Shown here piece after piece: positions 1 through 19,600 of a DNA stretch of 64,000 nt. Made by a program: the position numbers and the translations under genes. Position 1 is the stretch's first letter, and each line of letters starts with the position of its first letter. Source of the DNA: Balanoglossus misakiensis (Eukaryota; Animalia; Hemichordata). Location: contig CM082588.2 of NCBI GenBank assembly GCA_040954595.2, forward strand, positions 4,280,156 to 4,344,155, given 5' to 3'. The notes beneath the pieces are model-generated. The model had not been told where the DNA came from and searched no databases. It saw nothing but the letters and a program-made list of their open reading frames with translations.

Positions 1-115
1 ATAAAGATTCACTTTACTGATTTACTGACTTATTATTAAAGCAAAGATCTCAGTTGTGTGTGATATATAGAATCCATGACGTTAAGACTCTAGCTTTGTG
101 TCGCAAATATTTCAG

Positions 116-997
116 GGGAAAAGTACAGGCTTTGATGATGACCGCGTGTGATCTTTGTGCTGTGGCAAAAATCTGGCCAGTTCAACGGAAAACTGTAGAA
201 TGCATCTATGATGAATTCTATGCACAGGTATAGTAAAACTTGATTGATCAATTCTTCCCATATGTGTAATAGGGTGCTCTGGCCCATGTTTTATGTAGTA
301 ACTGAATGCACCCATATTTTAGTAGAAACACTTCGTGTATTATCCTCAATACATTTACTTGCTCTATATGTAAATACTGCCAGCTGCTGTAATTGATGTT
401 TATACAGACGCCAGAACATAATTATTGCGATTTCTTTTCTTCAGGGTGACGAGGAAAAGAAGCGTGGTGAACAGCCAATCCCAATGATGGACAGAGACAA
501 TGAAGCGAATAAACCCAAAGACCAGGTATGGCTCTTCATTAAAGGTGCACAGTCACCTTTAATTAACATATGCCTATATATGGTCGCATGGGGCTTACTC
601 TACTCTTCGAATGACCAGTTTGTGGCACACTTTTTTTTGGAGTATTAAACTTTTGATTTTTCTTCTTCACATAGGTTAATTTCATCAGTATTTTCTGCTT
701 GCCGCTGTACACAACGATGCACGATATCTTTCCTCATACGGAGCAGCTTCTGCAGAACACCAAGTGAGTAGATTTCCTTGCAACTACTTTTTCGCCATTG
801 TAGTCTTATAGAAGGGGAAAGATGCCATGTTAAGAGTTGATTTCACACAAATAACTGTTTTTTTTTCCACCCGTCTATTTAGGGATAATCTTCAGCAGTG
901 GCAAAGGATCGTTGAGGGGGAAAGCACAGCTGTGTGGGAGGTGGAAGCCTCCCGAGTGGTCACCGACAAAAAACAAACCAAGACAAAGAAAAAGTAA
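116..997 (+). CDS. PDE10A: 3' end (last 4 exons) of a cyclic nucleotide phosphodiesterase, PDE10-like; gene begins upstream of the window
   Basis: Exons 116-227, 445-525, 675-763, 883-997 (GT-AG) splice in frame to GKVQALMMTACDLCAVAKIWPVQRKTVECIYDEFYAQ-GDEEKKRGEQPIPMMDRDNEANKPKDQ-VNFISIFCLPLYTTMHDIFPHTEQLLQNTK-DNLQQWQRIVEGE...KKK*. LMMTACDL and QPIPMMDR match the PDE10 catalytic domain C-terminus. Confidence 0.85.
539..562. mobile_element. Solo 16-bp MITE terminus flanked by TTAA on both sides
   Basis: ttaa-AGGTGCACAGTCACCT-ttaa; 14/16 identical to the left TIR (AGGTATACAGTCACCT) of the element at 30405-30589. Confidence 0.45.
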
Positions 998-1774
998 ACA
1001 TCGCCAGTTTTTTTACAGAACAGACTTTTCTTCCGTATTTATCGAATTAAATTTTGCAAGTACCAGAGATGTGTTAATACAGTATGCCATACATGTAAAT
1101 AAAGCAACTTCTGTATGTTGATTTAAACATGTTTGTGTTTTTTGTGCGAGTGGGATTTAGGGCACTATTAGCGCGAACTTGTGGGGTGATTGTCTTGTGT
1201 GTGTACCAAATGTTTGTTCTTGTTTGATTCCTTAACCCTTTCACCACAATGGTTTGGTCCAACTCCACTGTTCTCAATTGTATCGCTGGACCTCTATACA
1301 TGGAAATGGGGTGAAACACTCATACACTATTTGAAATGCACCATTCTTTGTATTTTTACTATAAAATATACCCCTCTCATCACATTCCCTCATATTCCAT
1401 GACAAGCCCAACCAGATTATTTCTGTGATTTTCCCAAGTTAGTCTCTATTGAATAATAAATACACTCTGACCAGCTGCCACTAATAATTCTGTCTCCAAG
1501 TTTTCCAGTAAACCCATAGCTTTCTGGTTCTGTGTATTTATATATACAGTATGGAAGTGTGTGTCAGTGTCAACGCCACATAAATTGTTCTGTTAGTATT
1601 TATAGGGACATGTCCAAGATTTCAGCTCCAATATATTCGTATTCATATATCCATCAGAATACTGGGCAGCCATGTCCAAAACTATCCCTTGCCTACTTCA
1701 CACTACACTGTATCAGTTTTGATGCCATGTTTTCCTTCCATGAGTGGATGATTTCCTTAGTTTTTCCCTGCTGT

Positions 1775-3928
<2,154 letters not shown>

Positions 3929-3937
3929 CTTTAATTG

Positions 3938-3955
3938 TACCCACAATGCTTTGCG
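3938..3955 (+). promoter_or_regulatory. ZNF143/Staf-type site next to a YY1-like motif overlapping the HINT2 ATG
   Basis: TACCCACAATGCTTTGCG resembles the SBS consensus; AAGATGGCG on the minus strand spans the ATG at 3928. Confidence 0.6.
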
Positions 3956-4204
3956 GCACTTATGATGTACATTTCATCCCTGATTTCATCCTGAACTGAC
4001 ATGCATTCCACACACGTACAGTACACACAGATAAAAATGATGGATAAACCAAACAACAGCGCTAAAGAATTAGGAGCATCACCAAGCATATCGAACAATG
4101 CCCATAAGCCTTCATCTAACGGCCTACAACAACCCCAGATATGTCCCTCATTTTAAAGGGCCTATACACAAATGATACAGACGCGTTGGAAATTAATCAC
4201 TTAC

Positions 4205-4279
4205 CAGTGTCGTGATAATAAAGCCTAGGACAAGTCCTATCAACACTAAAAACATCCTTTGCAAAGCAGTGTTTGCCAT
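4205..4279 (-). CDS. Putative alternative first coding exon of the HINT gene encoding a signal peptide/anchor
   Basis: 75 nt, ATG...CTG|GTAAGT (consensus donor), encodes MANTALQRMFLVLIGLVLGFIITTL; phase 0, so in frame with exon 2 (3285-3118). Confidence 0.6.
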
Positions 4280-4345
4280 TCCCCGTCGCGTAGTTGCAGC
4301 ATGTTCTGAGGAACCAGTAGTGCACATCTTCGAGCGACTTGGGCA

Positions 4346-4359
4346 GTTTCCATGGAAAC
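4346..4359. promoter_or_regulatory. Perfect palindromic RFX X-box
   Basis: GTTTCCATGGAAAC, about 67 nt upstream of the alternative HINT ATG at 4279. Confidence 0.6.
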
Positions 4360-5811
4360 CAACAACCACCTAATTCTTATTAATATGCACAGAAATGGAA
4401 AGAGACGATCACGCATCTTTTTTAAATAAAACTATTGATGTGATGAGTGACATAAATAGTGATATTATTGGTTTTATTTGCTCTGAACAATTGGTGACCT
4501 TGGCGATATTTGTGCCTCCCGACTGAGAAAGACAGGCCCTGTTACATGGCCTTCACTGTCCACAGCTCTACAAAACTATCACGTTGTTACATAATTAATA
4601 ATTTATCAAGATAGATAACGCACCTATCGTGAGACAGAGTATATGTGTACGCCACGTCAACCAACGGAGCACGCCACCATCGCTTGTTATGGAACAAGAG
4701 CAGGCAGGTAAACAGATGACACTGAGTAGGTAATGTTTTCCCTTTAAGTTAGTGGGCATTGTAAATGAGCCCTTAAGTTATTCTAAAACAATCTATGCTG
4801 AAATCAAAAATCGGACCGAAAAAAATCATAGACATTACGATGGCAGACAGAAAATCTTCACCGACTTTAGGCCTATTGGCGCTTCAGATAGAATTTTCCG
4901 TCATAAAAATATCGGTGAATATTGTCTATGGGTCATTAGGCTTGTTTAAAATAAATTTTCCTATATCCAAACTAAAAGTGCCCATTTTGCCAACATGCCC
5001 AATCTAGAAAAGACGATTAAGAACCAAGTCTGCATCTACACGGTGATCATTATCAGCCGCAGAATCTCGGCTTTGACGGGGCCGACTTTTTAGTGTGCTT
5101 TAGGGGGCGTATCATGTACGTAGTCAGTACATACTACTTGACGAAATCTGCTATGTACCGTTAGGCGACCGTCAACCGTGACGACGACGTTGACTGAAGT
5201 CGGAATAATACTTTAAAGCGTTTATAGTGGGGACTGTCCGATACGATTCGTCGCTCGAACGACTGCGAAGCAAGAACAACCACTGTAAGTAAGAAAGTGT
5301 GTGTTTTTTTATAACCGACTCGGAGTTGAAATGGTAGGAGAGTACTACAAGATATTATACATGAAAGGTCTCGGGTAAACTTTCTGCCATCGTTTATCCG
5401 TTCAAGAAACTTCTGGCAGAGTTGTCCGGAACTTGGAATCGACAAAGTATGGGCTTCTTTCGTGTTTAAAGTTTTAAATCTTCAGAAGATACCACAAGAG
5501 CTGCCATGTTCGCGTACACATAGTGGAAGAGCAATCAGCATTATAATCATGCTGATACCACAATATTTGCTTAAATTTATTAAAGTAAAACACAAAGAAA
5601 CAGGGTTACCTTGCAAACGTTTGGTATAGAGAATTTTAGAAAAGGTAGTTCGCCTTAAATTTTATAGGCCAGTTATAAAAGATGACATAATTTATAGTTG
5701 AATATATTTTGACCTTATCTTGAAAAAGTGTTGATTTGCGGTTCTCATGGTAGATTTGTTCGTTTCAGGTAAATACGACCATAAATCATAATTCTACAAT
5801 TAATCAAAACC

Positions 5812-6871
5812 ATGACATTGTGGTGGATGATAATATATACAACATGCTTTGCTTTAGGTAAGTAAAGTCCGTGTTTAGACTTGTTCACGGGCCAAGGAAA
5901 AACAGAGCTCAGTTCATTGTTTTTCAAGTTGAACTTCTTTCTTGGTGAATGCGACTTCTAAGCTTATATTTGGCAGAAATACTAGTTCATGTGGGCTATA
6001 GGCTATGTATTTTCTGAAAAATAGCTGAAGATACGGCTCCAATAATCACTCATAAGGAAAGATCACCCAATCCTCTGATAACTCTAACTATATATGCATA
6101 CTTTATTTCACAGTTTTTACGGCAGTCGATGCTTTGGACTGCTATAGTTGCATCGGCGGGCCAAGCGACAAATGCACGACAGATCCAGAAAGTCTGGGAG
6201 GCAATGCGCAAATAACATGCAGCGAAACAGACCCTGTTTGTTACGTAAGTAAATCGGGAGAATTGGACCCGAAAAGAGCACGATAAAGGAATTTCCTAAA
6301 TAATTACAGATAATCTTATTACAATCGTTTTTTTTTTCGTAATGACACGACATGGCGTTTGGTCCTATTAAACACATTTTACTTTGACATAGTTTTGGTT
6401 GGCTGGATCGACATCTCCCTCGACAGTGGGAACAATGCCTGTGGTGTGTTTAGATAAACAAAAAAAAGTCATTGCAGTTCAGACCAGCCCTTCAAATAAT
6501 TCTTTGTCTTTCAATCATACACGAGCAGATTATAGAAACGACGGTAGCCGACACGGGACAAGACGTCGACACAGCAAGGGGCTGTATAGGCAGAAGTCAA
6601 TGTACAAGAGGATGTACAGCAGAGGGCGGTTTCAGTAAGTTCCCATCCAGGATCCTCCTGTGACTTTTTTATGACCGAAGAGTATATTTACACTCACAAA
6701 TACTTTCGTTTATTCTGTGTCTTACTAGACTTTCATTTAATTTCAGAGTTCTGTACGTCCCAGTGTTGCGATGAAGACTTGTGCAACGTATCCGGTGTCG
6801 CCCATCTCCATAGTAACATATTGCTTCTTTCTGTCTGTATTCTTTTGAATGTCGCGTGGTGGCGGACTTGA
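5812..6871 (+). CDS. Ly6/uPAR (three-finger) domain protein, secreted and probably GPI-anchored
   Basis: Exons 5812-5857, 6114-6244, 6529-6634, 6747-6871: signal peptide MTLWWMIIYTTCFALVFTAVDA, then LDCYSC...CCDEDLCN, then hydrophobic tail ILLLSVCILLNVAWWRT*. LxCxxC start and CCxxDLCN end are the LU signature. Confidence 0.85.
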
Positions 6872-6978
6872 CAGCGACAGTTGAAGAAAATGAATATCGA
6901 ATATGAACAATCGAGAAACGACTACCATAGAAGCTAAAACTTTGTTGCATGGTTAATTGGACCAAGATTATAGCCAGA

Positions 6979-7082
6979 AAGGGAGATGTACTTTCATCCC
7001 ACTGTTGCAATCTTAAAATATTTGGTTTCAAAGGGAGATATCCTTTCATCCCAGTGTTGCAATCTTAAAATATTTGGTTTGA
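6979..7082. repeat. Tandem duplication, 2 x 52 bp, in the Ly6 gene 3' region
   Basis: aagggagat...ctttcatcccaNtgttgcaatcttaaaatatttggttt occurs twice in tandem. Confidence 0.8.
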
Positions 7083-7671
7083 CACCCCATGATACACTGT
7101 ACTTGGTTTAAGTTGATGGCTTTTTGTGATGTATCCAACATTATATCAGTGCAACAGTGCCACAGATAGTGTCTTGATTGGCTGAGACTTAGACTTGCTC
7201 CAAGTCTATGGGCTTCATTATCTCATAATAAATACGTTACAGGAAATTGTTCCGAGTCTATGTAGCATGTGTGGAGGATCCTCTTGGCCTAAAGACTTGT
7301 ATACCTTGGACAGTACGCATTCTTTCACAAACAGTAACGGTTTTATTTTTCACTCAGGCTTTATCTTAATTTACAAGCCAACTGGTGTGGTATGGTGGAT
7401 AACAACAAGCACCCACTTGATCTGTATTACACAACGTGAAAAAGAACTTTCACTATCACACATGAAGTACAGGTAATAAAAGGCTATTCAGCAACAGTGC
7501 GTGACCATTTCAACCCTATTTCTCCTGTTTTGGAAAGCCTGTATGGTTATTGGTACATTCCTTGGGAGATGCAGGGTCGGAATGGTAAAATATTCCAGTA
7601 AAATCTCTTCAAGAACTTTCCTAGCGTGACTACAGGTACTCAAACGCACACATCGCTACAGCCAACACCGA

Positions 7672-9434
7672 TCAACCGTTGACCAAATTATGTGGTTTCT
7701 TCCACTCTCCCGTCTCGTACTTTTCAAAACGGCGTTTCTGGAAAAAAGGAAAGAATTACTGATTAATTCACAGTTTCCTGATAAAACTATACGCAAACAT
7801 GCCTTCAGTTAAGTGTTGATGCAGACTTACCCTTTCATAGTTACACAGAAGGTACAACCCAAGAGGCGGTCCAATTATACAGACAACTCCCATTATTGAT
7901 GTCTTTGGGGTGGCCCGGAAGTAATCATATGCGCTAGCTCTTGCTGTTGCCCATCTTATCACAGCAGGATCTTCCTATAGGGACACAAAAAGACGCAAAA
8001 AAGTTTATCATCATGCACTAATATACATATACAGTATAGTTGGATAAACAGTTATAGTTCAGATACCTGGTCATTTTACCTGGGGTGACCTTAGATTCCG
8101 TCCATGAAAAGTCAAGGTCAGACCGACTACCAAACCGTATGAGCTACGGTTCTGCAGCTAGGTAGGACTAACTAGTCTTTCCATATTATCATGGAATAGC
8201 TCCATGATCGGATGACATTATTATGATCACGGAGTACAACAGAATATGGAGCCTTTAGCTCCATGCACAGAAGTATACCTCCATGATATTGTTTACTAGA
8301 ATCATGGAGGTACTAGAGAGAAGGAGCGAGGACGGATTTAAGCGGATTAAATCCCTTTCTTCTGAAGTGTGATAAGCTTCTTAAGTCTTTGTGTTTCTGT
8401 GTCGATAGCGTCCTTTGAACCCACTGTGTGTTGCCGTCGATTTTACAGTTAGGTTTGCAAGATCTACGGGGTAATATTTCTATGATATTAAAAACGTTAT
8501 GCGCACATCGCGGACGAGGGTACTACATATGCGCGGTGACTTTTAAAACATCCAGGGGTCACAGTTTGCGCGTCACCACTACCGGAAGCGTGTCAAGCGG
8601 ACGTCTTGGAAGACTTGTAGCGTTATTTCTCTTGTTTGTACAACCAAAAAGTATGATTTTGAAATGAATATTTTGAGTTTGTAGCAATGTTCAGCAAAAA
8701 ACAACAAGTTCATAAGTTTTATTTGAAAACCAATCTTCCCGATGCAAGCTGTCTTGTTAGTGTGAAATGGTGAGAAGTGCCCGATATTCGCCATTGTAAT
8801 TGTCAGTGTAGAGACGTTCGGCACAGCAGTTTGGTCCGGTTGTTTATGCTTAGAGACGCAACGCCAGCTATGATTTGTTTATCTACGCAAGCGCACAGCT
8901 TTAATGAACGCCTATCAGGTGATAAAAGGTTGAGAGCCTAATGTTATCTGCAAACAGATTAAAACGCACATGGGGTTCATAGGAAACAATAGCGTCCTCG
9001 CTCCTTCTCTCTAGTACCTCCATGCTAGAATACAAATAGAAATACCAATAGATTGGAAAGATATTTTCAGCTCAAAATGCACATATTTGCAGCGCAATTT
9101 TGTACTCGTGCATTTATAACTCTATCTGGTGGGCATAACTGTAAACATACCGACCATCATAGAGCTATAAGGTTGCAGTGAGACAGATTTGGAGGACGAA
9201 GGACGAAGTGATGACCGGCCGGTGAAATGTACATGGGTCAACAGTACACCACACGTACGCCAGTATTCAAGCTCCTTTCATGAGATAATGCATGCATCAA
9301 TTTGTACTCACAATCATTCCTTCAACGCGCGGATTATGCAATTGTCGTTGAAAGTGTCTTCTAAGATTATTTCGTATTTGAGCTCGCTCAAATTCCGCCT
9401 TTTTCAGGCTCTCAACTTGACCACTTTCCGCCAT
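7672..9434 (-). CDS. NDUFB4: NADH:ubiquinone oxidoreductase subunit B4 (B15)
   Basis: Exons 9434-9312, 7974-7831, 7737-7672: MAESGQVESLKKAEFERAQIRNNLRRHFQRQLHNPRVEGMI-EDPAVIRWATARASAYDYFRATPKTSIMGVVCIIGPPLGLYLLCNYER-KRRFEKYETGEW...*. EDPAxxRW...FRxTPK plus one TM helix matches NDUFB4. Confidence 0.85.
8303..9024. mobile_element. Non-autonomous DNA transposon (MITE), P-element superfamily-like, in NDUFB4 intron 1
   Basis: Perfect 32-bp TIRs CATGGAGGTACTAGAGAGAAGGAGCGAGGACG (8303-8334 / 8993-9024); 7-bp TSD CTAGAAT (8296-8302, 9025-9031); CA...TG termini. Confidence 0.85.
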
Positions 9435-9831
9435 GTTCGAAGACCATCCACATATCCCAAGAAGAAGACCCCCTAAGATGTTAAAAATAAAAACTCAACA
9501 ACAAGGGACGTGTAAACATACTTCCATTTTAATGACAAACGAATTATTTTATACATAATGAAGGGCATCGTTTATGAATTCAATTGATGAGTGGGCTGAA
9601 CACGACTTGCAAAGACCATGAAATTTATAGGTGCGAACAGAATGAAACTCTTCTGTGTGACATTTATAGTGAAAAATCATAAATCCAGAAGGCTTTCTTT
9701 ACAATGCATCATGGGTCGACCAATATGGCTGGCAGTTAGATAAACTTTACTGTGTGATTGAAGCGATCGTTCGAAAAGCCAGCGTATTGAAATCCAGTTC
9801 GCGAACTGGGCCGATCGGACTCATCTAGAAG
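9435..9831. promoter_or_regulatory. Probable bidirectional promoter NDUFB4/Scm with ZNF143-like and YY1-like motifs; includes putative non-coding first exon of Scm
   Basis: Head-to-head genes; TACAATGCATCATGGG (9700-9715, reverse SBS), CAATATGGCTG (9721-9731), strong donor AAG|GTAAGT at 9831/9832, locally CpG-rich. Confidence 0.55.
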
Positions 9832-10842
9832 GTAAGTATTGTCAATCTCCATATCTCCCGATCCTGTCTTTTTACAGGCTCCACGGGATGGGCTTTTTTC
9901 CGAGGGAATAATGTTGATCGCGGTGCGACACATGTGGGTTGGGCTGCGTTGATCACGGAAAACTGCACTGAAACAAACAAGCGCTGAAAGGTGAACTCGT
10001 GACCTCATGAGGACACCTGTACGGCGATCGGATTCCTGTTTGAACCTTGTGCCATTCTACTTCCGCTGGTGGGATGTGAGTTTACTGAAGCATGTTTAAA
10101 GTTTAATATCAAGGACAAATCTAACACAAGGAATAGGAAAAAAAATCATCACCAAAATAAAAAAAATCAGAAAAGTGAAACAAACTTCGACTATCATAAT
10201 GTTAGACCCATATGCAACTATCTCCATTGAAAATAAAGTATTATACCAGTAGTTTTGTTTTGTTAAGGCAATAACCTAACAAATAGCCAATTTGCTGTTT
10301 TCAATCTGTTCCACAGGGTAGCGATGATGACCCAGTTTTCAAAGCATGTATGTTGCGTTGCATGTATGTTTACAACAGAAGTTGTATATTACCATTATTA
10401 CCTAGGCGTATATTTCATAACATAATGGGGAATTTCCCAACAGATCAGCTATCCTGTTATGGCAGGTTTCAGCCTAACAGCTTGCCTATATGAATTTAAA
10501 CCTGTCCACCCTATTTCAGAGTAGTACAGTCCAAGTAATTTCATATTATGCATGAATTCCTACGTTAATAGGATATTAGTCAAGGTAGGGCTCGGTTATG
10601 TGTTAATCCACTCGCATGTATGATAAGGCCCTGTTCGATGATAAAATCTGTTTTATGTTCGTGTGAAGTTGAGTAGTCTGGGGTTCATAAATTTGTTAAA
10701 CCAGAAGACCAAAAGTCTATATCAGTAATTTAACTTTTCTTGTTTTGGTACTGATACCAGATTGACAGCATTGAAGAGGAATCAAGTGTCCAGCCATTGT
10801 GAATATCAGTAACACTAGTCTATGCAATGAAAGTATAAAACC

Positions 10843-17077
<6,235 letters not shown>

Positions 17078-17771
17078 AAAAACACCCACCAAACAAAAGA
17101 TGCAGGTGAAATTTACCAGATCTGTGAACATCAAGAGTACAGTTCTGCCTCTGCACAACCATTCTGAAAGTTGGAGTTCGTCCGGTGTAACCTGATTCAC
17201 GATTGGCCATTTTGAAGCATGGCGTGGCTCAGTAAACCAATCAGAGGACTTGTGGTGCCCACAGCTGTATATTGTGGCATGTCTGGCTTACCCAATCAGA
17301 GAGAGGGTCTCATAAAGCAGCAGACACAGCTGAACTTGATGGTTTTTACAAGGTGGTAAATTATTCCAATATCTCATATGCATTATTTGGGATAACACTC
17401 CATATTTGACTACTGCCATTTTAAAAGAAATATTAATACTTTTATTACTGTGCTCCATACATCTTTCACTCAGATGGTAATAAAAAAAAACTTACTCTGA
17501 GGTGATGTGCGCCAAAAGCCATGTATGTCCAGTTTTTGCAAGCTTCAAATGAGAACCTTGATTTTTACATATAACAGCAAAATAAAACTTAATCAGTCAG
17601 TGAAACATGATCTTGTTTCACAATTTCTTTCAAAAAGAACATCACTTGTAGTGGACAGGCTATGACTGTATGAGTGCAGTCAGTCTAGAACGTACCACAC
17701 AGTGTAGTCCAAAGAATATAGGCCTGTCTTTAAATTTGTAGAGGTAGAAGAGATGTGTTTTCATAGTTTAA

Positions 17772-17871
17772 AGGTACAGTCACCAACGTTTGACAGCAGA
17801 ACGACATACATAGCTCATCGTAAGAAATAAAAATAACCAAAATAATGTCAAACGTCAGTGACTTTGTCACT
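17772..17871. mobile_element. Small TTAA-flanked hairpin element (Kolobok-like MITE derivative) downstream of the Scm stop
   Basis: ttaa-AGGTACAGTCACCAACGTTTGACA...TGTCAAACGTCAGTGACTTTGTCACT-ttaa; imperfect TIRs related to 30405-30589. Confidence 0.55.
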
Positions 17872-19538
17872 TTAAGCAAACATACATTTGTAATGAAGTC
17901 CATTCAAAAGAATACAAAATTCTTCCAGGTGGATACATATCTTGCATTTGACCAATTAAAGTGTCTTTCCGCACTTTCGCTCAACACTTTTTGACCACAA
18001 CTGACCAAAATTCACCTGATGTAGCCAAATAAAATGAACAAAAAGTAAACGTGTCCTTTCTGATCAAAATCAACCTATGTCAGCATTATATCAGTCAACA
18101 AATGCATTTCTAATCCAACCGTGAATCCAGTTTTCAACAAAAACTTTTTGTTTATAGGTTTATAGGAAGTAGCATGGTCAAGCCAATATAAGTACTACAT
18201 GTGGCCATATTTTGTGAATGACATCACAACATGTACGTCCAAAGGCAGTGATTTTGTCCTTGGAACCAGTTAACTGCTTGAGTCGTTCCACAGGGGAGTT
18301 GTGTGGGAATATTAATAACCAAGCTAGGGAGTTTCAAATGACATGCTGTGTGACCTTTGAACTTGTGTTCTTTTTGGTTTGTCTGCAGCAGTGCTGTATT
18401 CTAAAGCTAAAAAGGAAGTTGTAGCAGAATATGTACCACACAAATCAAAAACTTATCAATCTGGTACTCCAAGCATAGAAACGTTTGAACCTTTTCAACA
18501 GTTTTCACTGAAAATTCTATGCAGAAAAGTGTTATGTATTCTGATTTCGTCTTGGTTAATGTGTATATAAATAACATATTTAGATTTAGACCTTGATCAC
18601 TTTGTGTTCCAGTTGGGTTACTGCACTATTTGCATGCATTCTTTGAACTTACGAGTCGTGGGTGTTTGATGTGGTAGTTCCATATTTGCCGCAAAGTTGA
18701 CCAATACGAGCTCTTCAAAGTAAGGTCAGAGGTTGACTGCTGACCAATGAGTGTGGCTGAAGGTACGGTCAAAGGTCAGCTGGCAAATTATTCTTTGATG
18801 TTGTACATCATATATAACAGTGATAGTTGGGAGGTTTAACTTGAGATGAAATTTTCAGGAAGGTGACTGTGGTGTCGAGTTTGAGCATTGCTATATTCTG
18901 TACACAACAGTTTGTTACATTGTCAAAGCACACATTTCAAGTTAAATGTCCATATAGCAAAATTATGTAGCAATTAGTACATACTGTACACAGTGTTATT
19001 TTGATATATGTGAAGGACTTGTCATTATTAAACATGTATAGGAAGTTTGACTTCTTTAAGTTTTGTATGTACGTTTCAAATTATGTTTTTATTATACTCT
19101 TAAGTAATCATGTGTTAGCTGTAAGACTGCATGGAAATTTTATTCAAAGTTATTGTGCTTTGTAGACATTCATTCACAAACAAGGGCAACATTTTTCTTT
19201 GGATTCTCATCATCAGATCCATGAGACTGTAGGGAAAATAAGACTGTACTGTGGACTGATCTAACAGAGATGTGCCATTTTGACTGTCATGAAAATATAG
19301 GAAAGTGTGTACATGCACCAGTACTCATAATTGCCAAATGAAATTCTACATTGTGACTTTGACATGCCGAGGGCCGCATAATGAGAAACAGACATAAAAC
19401 GTTGACCCATTCTTTGTACATGTGTGTGAATAAGGAAGAAGTCTCTTCTGTAACTGCCTGTATAGATCCACAACTATGGCTTTGTAAGTTGCAAAAACAT
19501 GGAACCATGACTTCTTTTGTGTCTATTGGTCGATAACC

Positions 19539-19600
19539 ATCATGTGATTGTCACATGTTGCTCACATGAATCATGTGAGTGTCACATGTTGCTTACATGA
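19539..19600. repeat. Tandem duplication, 2 x 31 bp, rich in CACATG/CATGTG
   Basis: atcatgtgaNtgtcacatgttgctYacatga twice. Confidence 0.7.

Noticed and set aside
8579-8850. Possible THAP/transposase remnant inside the P-like MITE (minus-strand PNCCAE...)
   Set aside because: Very short, no start codon, no following C2CH/AVP motifs; chance similarity is likely.
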